From contig ML978129.1 of NCBI GenBank assembly GCA_010015805.1, forward strand, positions 682,001-746,000: a stretch of 64,000 nucleotides of DNA, given 5' to 3'. The notes under the pieces were generated by a model, which worked only from the letters and a program-made list of their open reading frames with translations, was not told the origin of the DNA and made no database searches. Position numbers and translations under genes: made by a program. This DNA is from Rhizodiscina lignyota (Eukaryota). This document shows, in pieces, positions 51,986 through 64,000 of the stretch. Position 1 is the stretch's first letter. Every line of letters starts with the position of its first letter.

Positions 51986-52839
51986 TTAATTGAATAAACT
52001 CTTTCGGGGTCTTGGCTCTTGCTGAGTGAGAGCAAGGAGTTTCCCCGCCACACCCTCTTCCTCACACCTCTTCATGTACAGACAGATGTAGCCAAGATCC
52101 AGAAAGTCTGCCGCCATCCACAATTGTATAGGGCTACAGCAGCGCGGCGGAAACAATCCATCGTCAATGAGAGATCCATCGAACGCCCCGAGGATACATC
52201 TCTTGCACACACTATGACCACAGTCCAGTGTAATCATCTCGAAAAAGGCAGCCTGCTGGAAACAGAATGCGCATTCGCGAAACAACCATTCCTGGCCAAT
52301 CTCCTTCAGGTATTTATCAAGAGAGTCGCCACATTGACCTTCGGAGCTGTGAGATGGTCTGCAGTTCGACGTCTGCGAAGTGAGGGTTGAGATCGGAGTT
52401 TCCTCGCGGGTGGAGGCGGCGGATGTTGCCATCATTGAAGATCGGTCGTCGTCGTCATCGTCGTCATCGTTGTCGATAATTGATTGCGCCCGAAGCCAAT
52501 GCTCATATCCAGTGTCTGCATCAGTCAAGGCAAAAGCGATCTCACGGTCCTCGATCGCCAATTTCTCCTCGTGCAGTATCAGCGCTCTCGTATGAGTATC
52601 GTCGGTGGTCGGAGTTGTGAGATTTGTAGTTGACTGAGAGTGTGTAGCTCGTGCCGAGTCCGGTACCGGTCGGGGATCTTTCACATGTCGGAGCCTCTCG
52701 CGAGCTTTGCTAATCTCGCTCGTGCTGCTGTCTTTTCCTCATGGGAACTCTTCTTATTTTGCTTGACGAACGCCAAAGATTGATGGGCGCGATCGATCTC
52801 AGCCCTGAGAGCAAGCTTGAGGATCCGACCACGATCCAT
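51986..52839 (-). pseudogene. Truncated paralog of the neighbouring RBR gene (N-terminus + RING1 only), frameshifted as assembled
   Basis: MDRGRILKLALRAEIDRAHQSLA resembles MDLPSTELALQLQIEDANQSLA; LRHVKDPR resembles LREVTDRR. RING1 CAFC..CGHSVCKRC..LFPPRCC is present, then a stop before IBR. Frame break at ~52706-52708. Confidence 0.65.
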
Positions 52840-53369
52840 GTTAATCGGCCTCTGCTGTTATACAAAGTAACACGCATATTGCTAAAGCTCCCACAGATAC
52901 ACGGAAGAGACTTACACAACTGTATTACACCAGATTTTCACAAATGTCATATGGAGAAGTGTGAGAGAGCGAAAGAGAAAACAAGAAGCAAGAGAAGGAG
53001 TAGTGAATTTATAGTTCTCGGATGGCTGGTGCCTCGGAATGTTCTTTTATGTTACATGAGAGCTGAGTGTTTAGCCATAATTTTACGATCTCTTTCGAAT
53101 TTGGTTAACACAATGGGCAGAACAGCCATTTAAAGGACAAACGCAAAACGGCTCAAGTGTAAGACTCCGACAGATGTGGAAGCAGCCTAGTGGGCGAATT
53201 GCCATATGTTAATCGCTTGCATTCAGCCTATTTTTATGCAATGAAATCTATTTCTGGTTTCTATCTTCGTCAGTTGAATCTTCTGCGTAATAGAGCTTGG
53301 AGTCACTCTGCGGAGTCGCAACTCCACACTATTAGATTCAAGCTCTGAGGAGGATACAACTCACACAAA

Positions 53370-54581
53370 TCATAGTAGGTTAAGGAGCTCTTTACCATCC
53401 AGATATCTTTCCAAGTTCTCCGCTTGCTCTGCATACCAGTTGTTGATAGTGCGTTCCTCCACATAGCCCATATGCGGCGTAAGTAAGACGTGACTGCTAC
53501 CATTCTGACCCCAATCTTGTGAGCGCCAGGGGCTGTTGGTGGGTAGTGGTTCAATGTCGAATACATCTAGTGCTGCTCCCCTGATCGAACCATTCCGCAC
53601 CGTCTTCAGGAGGGCAATCTCGTCTACTAGCGGACCACGTGAGGTATTGACGAAAAAGGCACTCTTCTTCATCGCGGAAAGCTCCTTCTCCCCAATAATA
53701 CCTATCGATCTCGCGCTGAGGACGTAGTGGATGCTGACAATGTCAGACCCCTTGAATAGCTCTTCTTTCGATACTGATTTGAACGTCTTCTCGCCCGATT
53801 CGTCCTCTACTGGAAGTCCCATCTGTTTTGCCATATCATCGGCCTTTTCTTGATTAAGGTTCTCACTCCATGCAATGATCTTCATCCCCCATGCCAGGAC
53901 ACCGATGCGAGCAGTAGCAGCCCCAAGACGGCCGAGTCCAACCAATCCCAAGGTCTTGCCAGTCAGGCCCACGGCAAGTTCAGTCTCCCACCCACCGGTT
54001 TTGACGACAAGATCATCCCTGGCAATATTTGATGCCAGCCCAAGAATCATCGCCCAGGAGTGCTGCACAGTGTGATGAGTGCCACCCTTCGGTGCTGGGA
54101 TCCTTGGTCGGTCAGTTCGTCCTTTGCCAGTTGAAGTAGCTACTGTGATGCCAAGTTCTTTCATTGCTCCGAGATCAAACGTTTGAAATTGGGTTCCAGT
54201 TGCTAGCAGGACTTTGAGGTTCGGCAAAGCCTCAAGAAGCTCACGAGGAAAGGCCGTCCGCTCACGAAGACTCGCGATTACCGTGAAAGGTTTCAACCGA
54301 TTGATCAGGGCCGCCTTGTCCTCCTTCGAAGTAGCTGCATGCGTAAATGGCGGCAAACTGTCCTTGAACACCGTAATAGATGCCTTTGAAGGGTCAATTT
54401 GGGCAAAGTGCTTCCTGGCGACATCTAGGTAGTCATCCAGGATCGCAACCTGCACTGGCCCAGAGGACGGCATTGTTGAGAATCTTTGACTTTGACTTGT
54501 CCGTGGCGAACCGATATGATTTACGATGGTTTGAAGTCTCCCTGATGCAACTGCCTTCACGACTTGTTGGGGCTTGGACAT
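53370..54581 (-). CDS. D-isomer-specific 2-hydroxyacid dehydrogenase, single exon
   Basis: VAILDDY, LRERTAFP, Rossmann GKTLGLVGLGRLG, FVNTSRGPLVDE, ALDVFDIEPLP, LTPHMGY. Confidence 0.93.
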   Translation of the reverse strand: MSKPQQVVKAVASGRLQTIVNHIGSPRTSQSQRFSTMPSSGPVQVAILDDYLDVARKHFAQIDPSKASITVFKDSLPPFTHAATSKEDKAALINRLKPFTVIASLRERTAFPRELLEALPNLKVLLATGTQFQTFDLGAMKELGITVATSTGKGRTDRPRIPAPKGGTHHTVQHSWAMILGLASNIARDDLVVKTGGWETELAVGLTGKTLGLVGLGRLGAATARIGVLAWGMKIIAWSENLNQEKADDMAKQMGLPVEDESGEKTFKSVSKEELFKGSDIVSIHYVLSARSIGIIGEKELSAMKKSAFFVNTSRGPLVDEIALLKTVRNGSIRGAALDVFDIEPLPTNSPWRSQDWGQNGSSHVLLTPHMGYVEERTINNWYAEQAENLERYLDGKELLNLL

Positions 54582-57500
54582 TTATGATGAAGTTGAGAGC
54601 CCGTAGCTCAGAGGTTTCACGGAAAGTCGAGTTCCAGGATGACAAATGTACACAGCCAAACGAATGCAGGAACGAGATTTTCAGGACATACATACCTTTG
54701 CGCCTTAATTGTAATAAGATAGATAGCATCATTTCAGATGGCCGACTCGCTCACAATGCCGACGTCGGCGAGTTGCGCAGCGCGGCAGATACTTTCGTGG
54801 AGCGAAAAACGGAGGGTCATCTTCCACTCGCGTTCATAACTCCGCGGTTTTACTAAGCAAGGGGGATCGGATAGGGGCAAGCGTGATATATCAAACTGTC
54901 TGGCGCATTGTCCGAGTTATTGGAGTCATGAGCGCTTGGAATAGAGCGAGCTCGAGTGTCTGGCGCAGCGGAATTCGAAGAGTGAAGCAGAGAGTCTGGA
55001 GTGTACCAATTCATCTCGACAAATCCAGGGCTTAATCAGGCGGTTGAACTATTGCATTTGGTCTGCTGCCTCTGTTCGACTTTTGAGATCATAATCTCCT
55101 CTGCTCTATACATTTCACCTGACTCGGAAGTATAATGTGACTTTGATTCGAGTACTTGTGACTCGCGTATAAGCCACTTTCCTTCGCTAATGTTTCGGAC
55201 GATGAAAAGCGTGCCATTCGATAAAGTTGACCTTCAGTACATCTAATACAAACAGCTGAAGTCACAAGCAGCCGAAGCTACAGATCCAACCATTTATGTC
55301 CCGCTCCAGACCCTAGTGTCCAATATCAACTTGTCCTAGTACTAGGTGTACTAGTTGCACACTTTCTCGCACACACAATCGCACTCGGATAGGCTCGTCG
55401 TGCACACACGATAGGTACTAGCTATCGTGACTTTCGAAACGGAAGGGCGGTAAACTCCTCGAGGAACTGGAGCGCCGAGAGTTAGTTATCGACTCGAGGG
55501 AGAAGGAGCCGTAGGGAGGCGAGTTCGAGTCGAGTCGGGTCAGGGACCACTACGCGGCACAGCGCAGGCGGAGAGGAGGTATTCGTTATCGTAAGAATAG
55601 TCTCAGCTTCATCTCTACAGAGTAGAGGCTACTATATGCCTAGCACCGCGTGAAGATGCTATCCTATCGCCGGTCGAGCCGAGACAAATGGCAAGTGCAC
55701 TAGGTGAAAACCGCTAGATGCCAGGCCCTTTCAAGACGAAGTAGCGGATATGACTGTTTTGTGAGGAGCACCGTCTTCCCTCCCACACTGAAGACAATCC
55801 CACAATAACTGGGCCGTTTGTAAGCTCGTGCAGATACGCACAAAAGCGAATGTAATCTTACCTTCCTAAATCTCCAGTATGTATTACAGCCGCGATCATT
55901 GGGCAACTGGTGTAGCCTCTCGTCATGGTTCAAACGCTCTGGTATGTCTTCCCATTATCTTAATCGCTGTTGATCGTCCGGGCCCCAGCATCTGTCTGCG
56001 GTTCCAAGGCTTGGGTCTTTCTGATCTTCCTCTCTCTTCGCCCAATAGCCACTCTTGATCTACGGCGGACCTTTTCTACTGTCAACGATCCGTCGCTATA
56101 CCGTTTCGCAGCCATAGCCAATATACCCGCGGTGGCCCAGCCCGCGCGAACCTCCACCTCACGGAGACGATTCACCAGCCAGGCCTTCTGCAATCGCGTT
56201 TGATGCTGCATACCCGCAAAGAAGCGCGGCATCGTGATCCCGCAAAGCATGCCAGCAATGCAGGGATGAGCGCCTTTCTCGATCCGCCCATCTCTTCGGC
56301 CATCTCGGTCGCAAAGTATCCCGATGTTAGGAGTTGTGACGCCTCGTAGTTCGGTCTCGACGTGAAGCAATGCAGAGGAAGGAAGGTAAAGTATCATCTA
56401 GAGCTCTAGAGAGCGCTTTATCGATGAGATGCGGGTTAGTTGTTAGCAGCTATAGTTCGCCAGTTTTGAGAACACACGGAATAGACAGGTTGTGCTCTAC
56501 TGAAGATGTTCTCGTAGCTGCTACGAGGTGAAGTAAATGTGTAGAGAAGCGAGCGAGCTGAACGCTGATTCCGCCGGTCTTCCACGCACCACTGGCATGA
56601 GCAAAGCTGTAGTAGGACCGAAAAAGAAGGTGCAGGTATACACAAAGGGAGAGGGGAGAGAGCCACCGCTTTCCCCAGCCTAAGTTTGATGATGGCGCTC
56701 CGAGAGACGTCTCGCGCTGGTGAGAACGAGGACAAAGGTAGCGATTATCGCAACTGAAGCGCCCCAAACTCCAGAGTGGGAGAGACCTCCTTATGTGTTG
56801 ATCAACATGGTCAGAAGCTCCTCTAGGTGTGCTGTGTCTTCATTGTAGAATAGCTCTCTACACAGAGTGGCTCACTTTGACCATTACTGATCACTCTCTG
56901 GGACGACACAACACGCAACACGTGGTAGGCGTCCGCGTGAGTGATAATAGCCCTATGTTCCTCGCACACAACCATTCATACGTCGCAGTGCGCGGCAGTG
57001 CCATCTCCGTCCCTCATCTTCGCGATCATTTTATCCTGCTAGCCTCGACAGCAGCATAAGATCATACACGTGCTATAGTGCATGCTAAAGGCATAGCCGT
57101 CAGCTTTCTGCCCTCCACCCACCGCTCAAAAACCGCCGGGCTGAAGGAGATCTGAGAGAATGCTTTGCTTGATCGTCCACAAGGACGCCGCGTCCTGTTA
57201 TGGCGACTACAAGCAAGCAACGCTTGCGACGTCACTCTGGGGTAGAAGGCCGGCTTTGAGAGCGCGTCACAATATGGCATCTCCTTCGAGTAAGTAAACA
57301 TCAGCACTGGGACTCGCAATCAGTGCTTCCTTCTCTTCTCCACACACTCCATCGATACAGCAGTGTACCGGAGAAGCTTGCGTAATCGCCCAAGTTACGC
57401 TCCTGGATCTTCTCTACAGCAGTATACTCCTCCGGCTAGTTGCAATACGCTCACCATGCCTCTGATCCTCAGCGCGCAAGTAGGCGGCCATGACGAAGCT

Positions 57501-57908
57501 GAGGAGAGCAGCGATGGCGCATCTTCTAGCAAGCTTGCCATGGCCAGGAGCGTTAGCTCATCACATGGCAAGAAGCTGTAGCTGGAGATGAAGCCATCGG
57601 AGTTACCAAGAAGCACCTGCATAGCGTCTCCAACGCTACGCTTGGTGCTGCCACCGATGTGGTTGCCATTCCAGGCGACACAGGTGGGAACATCAGGGCC
57701 CACATCCCCCAGGGTTTGTGTCTGTATCGGCCGCCTCATTGCGAGGTAATCCAGATAGAGCAAGATAAACGCCTTGTGGGAGAGCATACTCACCATCGAT
57801 GCCGCCGAAGAAACGCGGTTACTGACTCGATGGCTTTCAGCTGCGGTCCTCCACGTCAGATCTCATCAAAACCCTGTCCTTGAATCTACGACCTTATCGC
57901 ACATATAT

Positions 57909-58032
57909 CATGTCATTATATAAAGTATTGTCGGGGGACCACGTGGGTAGTGTACCTCTGTAACGCCCCTCATGTTATTATACAAAGGATTGTCCAGGGA
58001 CCATAGGGGTGGTGTACCTCTGTAACGCTCCT
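57909..58032. repeat. Imperfect 62-bp direct tandem duplication
   Basis: catgtcattatataaagtattgtcgggggaccacgtgggtagtgtacctctgtaacgcccct versus catgttattatacaaaggattgtccagggaccataggggtggtgtacctctgtaacgctcct; partial third echo cataggggtgg at ~58043. Confidence 0.9.
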
Positions 58033-61000
58033 CTGGCAATGACATAGGGGTGGAGGGTTGCATATCCTTCTGCGTGTGCCTCTGTTGTTCTACAGCGCCG
58101 CATCTCCTCTAAGTTCGATCTGTCAACGGCGGGGGGTATATTTCCCTCCTATCTTGAAAGAGTCCTCGAGATTTGGCATCGCGGTGAAATCCATGACAAA
58201 GGCTGGGGGAAGGAGTGAGTCCCAGTGCTGCGATCACCGAGCCGGGACAGAGTAGGACTCAACCTCAGATACTGCTATCAAGGTTGTTTTCGATTCTACT
58301 ATATGGCCGTCCGTGGCATGACGGCGCTGGCATATTGTACATGTTTGCTAGCAGTCAATTTATCCACTTATTGGAGACAGTAGTCAGTCACCAATCAGGG
58401 GGGTGAAGCCACCGAGACCACGGCTGATACAGGATCGCAACGCTGATCGCTGGAATAAAAGTTCCCTGGTGCTTGGTGTACAGCTGTACTCAAAGATCCA
58501 TTGGAAACCACAAGCAGTGTCCGTCTAACTGTTGTTGTACTAAGGCGGATACCCGCATTGGAAGCACCCCAACAGAGGACAGATCATGTCACAAACGGTG
58601 GCAACCGGCAGTGCCACCGAAGCCTGCAGTACGGGCTTGTTGAGTGCGAGAATGGCCGGCCGAGCAGACGCGTGATTGTAGCCAGAGGGGAAGGAGGAGT
58701 AGACCGCAGAGTTAAAGGGAGAATATCTAGGATCCCTACCCCTGGCCGGCCGTAGGCGATTTTATATTAGCTAATTGAGCACCACCCAGGCGTTCTTTCG
58801 CTAGTCCTCATCAAGGACTGGCGCAATCCTAAGCTAGACCTTTCCGGTGGGACCGAGCTTGAAACCGTTTAACGAAATGGGGACCCACCGTCAACCGTCC
58901 GCGCGGAGACTTGAGGGGCAGCAATGTGATTCCCAAGAGGATATCTGTCACGAGGCATCGCTCCGCGATAGAACCGGCCAAATTGATGCGCATGCAGGTC
59001 TAAAGGGAAGGCCAGACGTGTAGAAGCAGGGTAAAAAGATCGCCATCGAATGATAGGCTCGTCTTACGCAGGGCTCGCCTTCCTCCACCGTCCCCGGGCG
59101 CTTCCTGGCCATCAGAGGGTCGCTTTTTGGATGGCGGACTAGGCCAACATTGGACTGGCCTTCTCCGCATTTTCACCAAGCGTGCCTTTAAGCCCCTTGT
59201 CCTTGCACGAGACCGTGCTGGAGTGCAGGAAAGCCTCAAAGGCGTTGAGCTCTGCTGCTTCTCGACAACCTCTGCAATGTGCTGCCCACGCTGGGAACGG
59301 ACGACACTGCGTGGAGCCCTCGACAGCAACGAGACGCGCAACAACTGCCCGACGCATCGCGCTTGTGCAGGACAATAGAGATCGTCGCTGCCAGTCAGCA
59401 CGCGCCCCGAAGCGGAACAACGCAGCTACCGCCGCTTTGGAAATCCTCTTCCCCACAACGGCCTCGCAAGACTCGACGTCTTGTCTTGCATCCACCGCGC
59501 AACGAGGGTCAAACCTCACCACGCGATACACCCTAGGGGGCAGGCCGTCGCTCTTCGTGGAGCGCGACAATGCGACAACGAGCGACGACCCTGTACTGAG
59601 TTCAGGTGCTCAGCGTTGTTGTTCGGTGCATGTGGGACGGAGAATAGCTGTCGTCCCGTACTGCACTCCGCCTCCGCTTGTTAGAGCGCGACGACCTGCT
59701 TCTGAGATTTACCGTTCGGCCGCCCTGAAGACTTTGGGGGATCCAATTTTGCCTCCACACTTGACGGGCCGTATAGATTGGCGGGCAAACAGGCGCATTC
59801 CGGTTTTCTATTGAACGGTACTGCTGGACCGCTCCACCACCACTGGCGACCAAGAGTTCGTCGAGTGTGGTTTTGGCTATCATAAGCTGACACTTATCAG
59901 TCTATCGGTCGACTAAAAGTTTATTGCTGTTGCATTCAGGTCTTATAGAGCAAGCATTGGTGAGCCTTCCCGCACTGGGGTATCCCCTCTGGACACCTGA
60001 TCTAGAAGCCCTAGACGGCGCCATAATTCGAGCTAATGGGGATATAGTATTGTAATATAAGTCGATTTAGAGCATCGGGTCGTTCGAAAGAGATCGTACT
60101 CGTCAGTGTGAGGAGGCGATTCCTGAGTGTAAGTTAGCACTGGCCCATTCTGTTTACTGCGGTGCACTCCTGAGGAGTGGCATTTCTCCTCGAAATTATC
60201 TCTGGTATCGCCGTGCCATTGTCGCCGAAGAGTACTGCCTCCAGAGAGCTCGCGTCGGCCATCTCCCCCACCGGGTCGGGTACGACTTGTGTAGGCTAGA
60301 GGGGAGCTCGCTGTCGGAGACACCGTGCTGTGCTTCTGGAAGTGGCGCACAAGCTTTTGATTGATGGTCAAATTCTCCATCTCTCGAAGGAAGGCCGCTG
60401 CCGTCTCGATATCGATTCTGTATCTCTTCTAAGTTGAGAAAGAACATGGTGGTTGTTGGATGGTTGTGGAAGACATGGCGAATATTTTGTGGGCTAAGGG
60501 ACCTACAAGTGGCCAACGCCAACCACGCGACTGATTTCACCACAGGGAGGCCCGCAGCCTCTACAGAAAGGGCGAAACGATCAGCCGGTGGCCTTCATTC
60601 TATTTCGAACGCTCAGTCTTGCTTGCGTCTGTTTGTCTATGATTTCCCGAGCATGTTGCGCTGACAAACAGGCACACATAGTACACCGTCAGCACCAAAG
60701 CGACGACCATCTGCTCCTGCTGCCACAGCGCGCCCAAACTATTCCGCCCCTAGCCCCCGTGGAAGGGACGCAGATTTTAACTTGACTTTATCCCTCACCT
60801 CGTCTTCGTCTCCCTTCATCAATCAAGACTAACAATTATTTTGCAATCTACTTCCATCAAACGGCATTCTCTTGAAGGTTTTGTTCCTTTACAGCAGACA
60901 ACAAAGGTGCATTTCGGACGTCTGCTACTATTCAGGGTCATCCGTTTGAGAAAGGTCAGTGCTTCGCTTCCAACCCAACCTCCATTTTCGCTGCATGCAC

Positions 61001-62143
61001 TTCGTGATGCCAACGAGCTAGACTCACAGGGGTGTTGGAGACTCCTCGTTGGCATCTCTTCTCCTTGGGTGCTTGATGAGATTTCGCTGTCGAACATGGC
61101 CCCGGTCTTCAAGCACTGTGCTTGGGCTGCGTCTAAGTTCACCACTTTGAACCATCATCCCACCCATTAGTGTACAGCGGCATTGGGCATGCAGGTCACC
61201 AAAGTCTTTCAAGCGCTTTGAGGCCGTCCTATCATTATGTCATTTCCATAAACAACCAAGTCGTTGGTTCTTTTTGGATGCTGACTGCTCTATAGACATC
61301 TGATTGTTGTCTACTCTGGGTGCTCTAGGGACCAGCTCCATCTTGCATCAAAACAATCGTTCCTACCTCTCCTCCTACAACGAGTTGCATTCCATTCAGA
61401 CCAGTCTGAACGACTGTTTAAGCACAAATTTGCCCTTAATTTGTCTCGCTTTCACACCAGTCAGCAGCGTCACAAGACCTGTGACCTGATCAACCCTCCG
61501 CGGCCCTTATTTCGCTCAGACGCCGAGCTGCGTCCTCTCTATTTCTTCGAGGCTCCATACCATACCTCCACATCAAACATTGAGCAAAGTGGCCACGAAG
61601 ACGCACAAGCATCGAACCAGTTCAACAGAGAGTTTGGGACCAAGCACGTTTCCCTCGCACAAACTTCTGATACTTTGTACCTTTAAACGCTTGACGGTGA
61701 GTAGACTGCTTAGCTGTGCAGTTGCATCTCCACACTCTCCGATACAAATCCGCTAATCTCCTGTTTTGTGCGAGACTAGTAATCAGAACTACTCGAGCAA
61801 ATACGACCGCAGCCGCCCTAGCGCACTACACCATCGTATCCACATTTCCTCCTCGAATATCACTCGCGAGTCCACCAGCGAAAGACCTACATTAGATCTA
61901 CATTGGCAGGGTCGGATCACGTGAGCGGTCATTGCCCCCGCCTTAACGTTACGGAACTGGTCTTCTGATCTTGCCCTCAACACCTGACCTTACTTCCTTT
62001 CAATACGTTCCCTAAACCTCGCCAACGCTTCACACTCCGAAAGTCGTGACCTACATACATCAACGCAATACCTGGAGATCGATGTTTTGAACATTCAATC
62101 TTTGGCGCCTAGACTATTCGGAGAAGAGAGATCTTTCAGGGGA

Positions 62144-64000
62144 ATGGCTTCCTCCATGTCTTCTCCGTACAAAATGGCGACAAATCAGAACGGCAAAACA
62201 CCAACTACACAATCTCACACCTCAAACGCCTCGAAGATCTTAGAGAAGAAGACCTCGGGCATCCACCACATGCGTCGCTCTACTCCTGACTCTGAAGCTT
62301 TGGCTTCTTCCGACGATGACCATGACCAGAACGCCCTATCACAGTCTGCGCACTCGGCACACTCTGCTCAAAGCGCAAATCTACCAAAACCTGCCCGCCG
62401 CGCCTCATGGCTTAGCGAAGTCCAAGCAGGTTCCCAACAACGCAAGTTCTCTATCGGCTCCGCCTCCAATGTCCAGCCAGGTTCTGGCCCTTCGACTCCT
62501 GCCCTTGAAGGTGGACCTGGTGGTTGGGGTGTTGGACCAGGCACCATGCGTCCTGGACCATGGTCCGGTGCATGGCAGAGAGAACCTCCAGCCCGTCTGG
62601 TAGAAGACGTCCAAGTGGAGGGGTTTATGGGTCGTTATCCTCCCGATGACGATGCCTTGGTCTCACCGACCACCTACCAGTACCCAGGCGAGGACAATGA
62701 TGGGTCGTTTCCTTTTCCCATTCCGATGCAGCCTGTAAGAAAGACTTTTCGCTCCCAGTCCTACTCCGTAGGACAAATGGAGGCAGAAGCAAATGCATCA
62801 GCCGCCTCCTCAATAAACAACCCTACCATTGCCGCGGGTCACTCAAGAGCTGGAGGACACCAGCACCGCCCATCTCGACCAAGCATGCTTGGCGATGCCA
62901 GCGCTGGAAGTGGTCGCCCTGTTCTAGGACAACTTCTTGAGGATGAAGATGATCCACCGCACTCACCTGTCGGCTATACAGGCGCAAACATACCACGTCC
63001 CAACCTTGGGAAGAACGAGCAATCTTCCAACCTCGCTTACGCAAGCTCCGCCTTGTTGAAGCAAGCTGCTGTTGAGAATGCCCTTGCGAAGCAAAGAATA
63101 TCTGGATCCTCAGGACTGGCTGCCTCTGCCGATCCTTACGCTAGGTTTGGTCTCGCTCAGCGTCCCCATCCTGGCATGGCCTCCGATTCCGCTGTTGATG
63201 ACTTGAGCGAAGGTTTGCAGACCCAAGATCCCAACCTTTCCATTGCATCGTCTCGAGAAGGCTCTTACACAATGCTAACATCACGTGCAGAACAAGACTA
63301 CGGAGATAATCGAAGGACTGAGGCGAAGAAGGCATTGTGGCAGACCTCGCTTGGCTTTGGTCCCGTGGATGATGGCTCTCAGAGCCGTCGCCACTCATTC
63401 GCGGAGGTTCCATCGAGGTCCCGCGCGATGTCTTCGTCTCTCCTGTCTCCACGAAGCCATGAAGGACTTGGACCCTCTGCATCTGGTCAACACGACATGG
63501 CAATCAATGATGACCGTAAGTCGCCAGTATTTCGTCTTAGTTCCGAAGATCAGTTTTCCCCAGAAGATTTTCGCGACAATTCTATACTATTTCGCATTGT
63601 CCGGCAAGAATTAGACAAGCAACCCTCTTTTGACCACACGTTCGCAGCACTGTACTTTCGCGGCATCATAACAGACCTACGAACACAGCAGGCAGCCGGC
63701 CAGACTGCTGCACTCCGCGATGCCGCTCATCGTGGCGCTGACGTATCGCAACTTGCGTCTATGAACCCATTTGCGGTACCAAGCGTCATTACAAACCCAC
63801 AGCCGGATCTCTACATCGTTACATTCAAATGCGCGCGCGCTGATGTGTACTACATTCCGGCAAACACTGGATTGCAGGTCAAAGTTGGAGATATGGTCGT
63901 CGTTGAAGGTGATCGTGGCATCGACCTTGGAACTGTCAGCCATGCTCGAATGAGCATGAGCGAGGCGAAGCAGCTAAAAGAGGCGGCAACAGATCAACAC
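62144..64000 (+). CDS. PSP1: PSP1-domain protein, 5' part (runs off the window)
   Basis: Frame from ATG 62144: RRSTPDSEALASSDDD, LWQTSLGF..SRRHS, LYIVTFKCARADVYY..GDMVVVEGDRGIDLGTV. Absent from the ORF track, consistent with having no stop codon inside the window. Confidence 0.88.
   Translation, partial: MASSMSSPYKMATNQNGKTPTTQSHTSNASKILEKKTSGIHHMRRSTPDSEALASSDDDHDQNALSQSAHSAHSAQSANLPKPARRASWLSEVQAGSQQRKFSIGSASNVQPGSGPSTPALEGGPGGWGVGPGTMRPGPWSGAWQREPPARLVEDVQVEGFMGRYPPDDDALVSPTTYQYPGEDNDGSFPFPIPMQPVRKTFRSQSYSVGQMEAEANASAASSINNPTIAAGHSRAGGHQHRPSRPSMLGDASAGSGRPVLGQLLEDEDDPPHSPVGYTGANIPRPNLGKNEQSSNLAYASSALLKQAAVENALAKQRISGSSGLAASADPYARFGLAQRPHPGMASDSAVDDLSEGLQTQDPNLSIASSREGSYTMLTSRAEQDYGDNRRTEAKKALWQTSLGFGPVDDGSQSRRHSFAEVPSRSRAMSSSLLSPRSHEGLGPSASGQHDMAINDDRKSPVFRLSSEDQFSPEDFRDNSILFRIVRQELDKQPSFDHTFAALYFRGIITDLRTQQAAGQTAALRDAAHRGADVSQLASMNPFAVPSVITNPQPDLYIVTFKCARADVYYIPANTGLQVKVGDMVVVEGDRGIDLGTVSHARMSMSEAKQLKEAATDQH

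Noticed and set aside
53370..54581. Intronless, bacterial-looking dehydrogenase as a recent horizontal transfer
   Set aside because: Composition matches its neighbours and this subfamily also occurs in fungi; unsupported without a phylogeny.
57995..58015. GACCATAGGGGTGG resembling the start of fungal 5S rRNA
   Set aside because: The similarity does not extend beyond about 12 nt.
61870..61890. ACCAGCGAAAG resembling the 3' end of a fungal TPP riboswitch
   Set aside because: The upstream CTGAGA and GATCTGGATAAT elements are absent, and no thiamine gene is adjacent.

Overview
Gene-dense window from a filamentous ascomycete: short spliceosomal GT-AG introns with CTRAY branch points, a HET domain, and fungal-type Med1, PSP1 and OPT genes. 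It holds about 19 protein-coding loci. Housekeeping genes are RSM24, ALG13, methylmalonate-semialdehyde dehydrogenase, calnexin, an OPT transporter, U1-C, MED1, glutamine synthetase, PPE1, a D-2-hydroxyacid dehydrogenase and a partial PSP1. An accessory, immunity-like block at 23.4-36.3 kb contains an ankyrin-HET gene, a carboxylesterase, and a head-to-head pair of a Walker-A-less NACHT/STAND-like protein and an AAA+ ATPase with intact catalytic motifs. This pair is the best candidate for an undescribed system. Also present are a ~1563-aa orphan with membrane, CPH-repeat and FxF-tail features, and an RBR ligase with a convergent truncated paralog. Five frameshifts, each repairable in a short homopolymer, break four accessory genes, so assembly error versus real decay is unresolved. 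I could not support any rRNA, tRNA, CRISPR array or intact transposon. All identifications are from motif recognition by eye; no searches were run.
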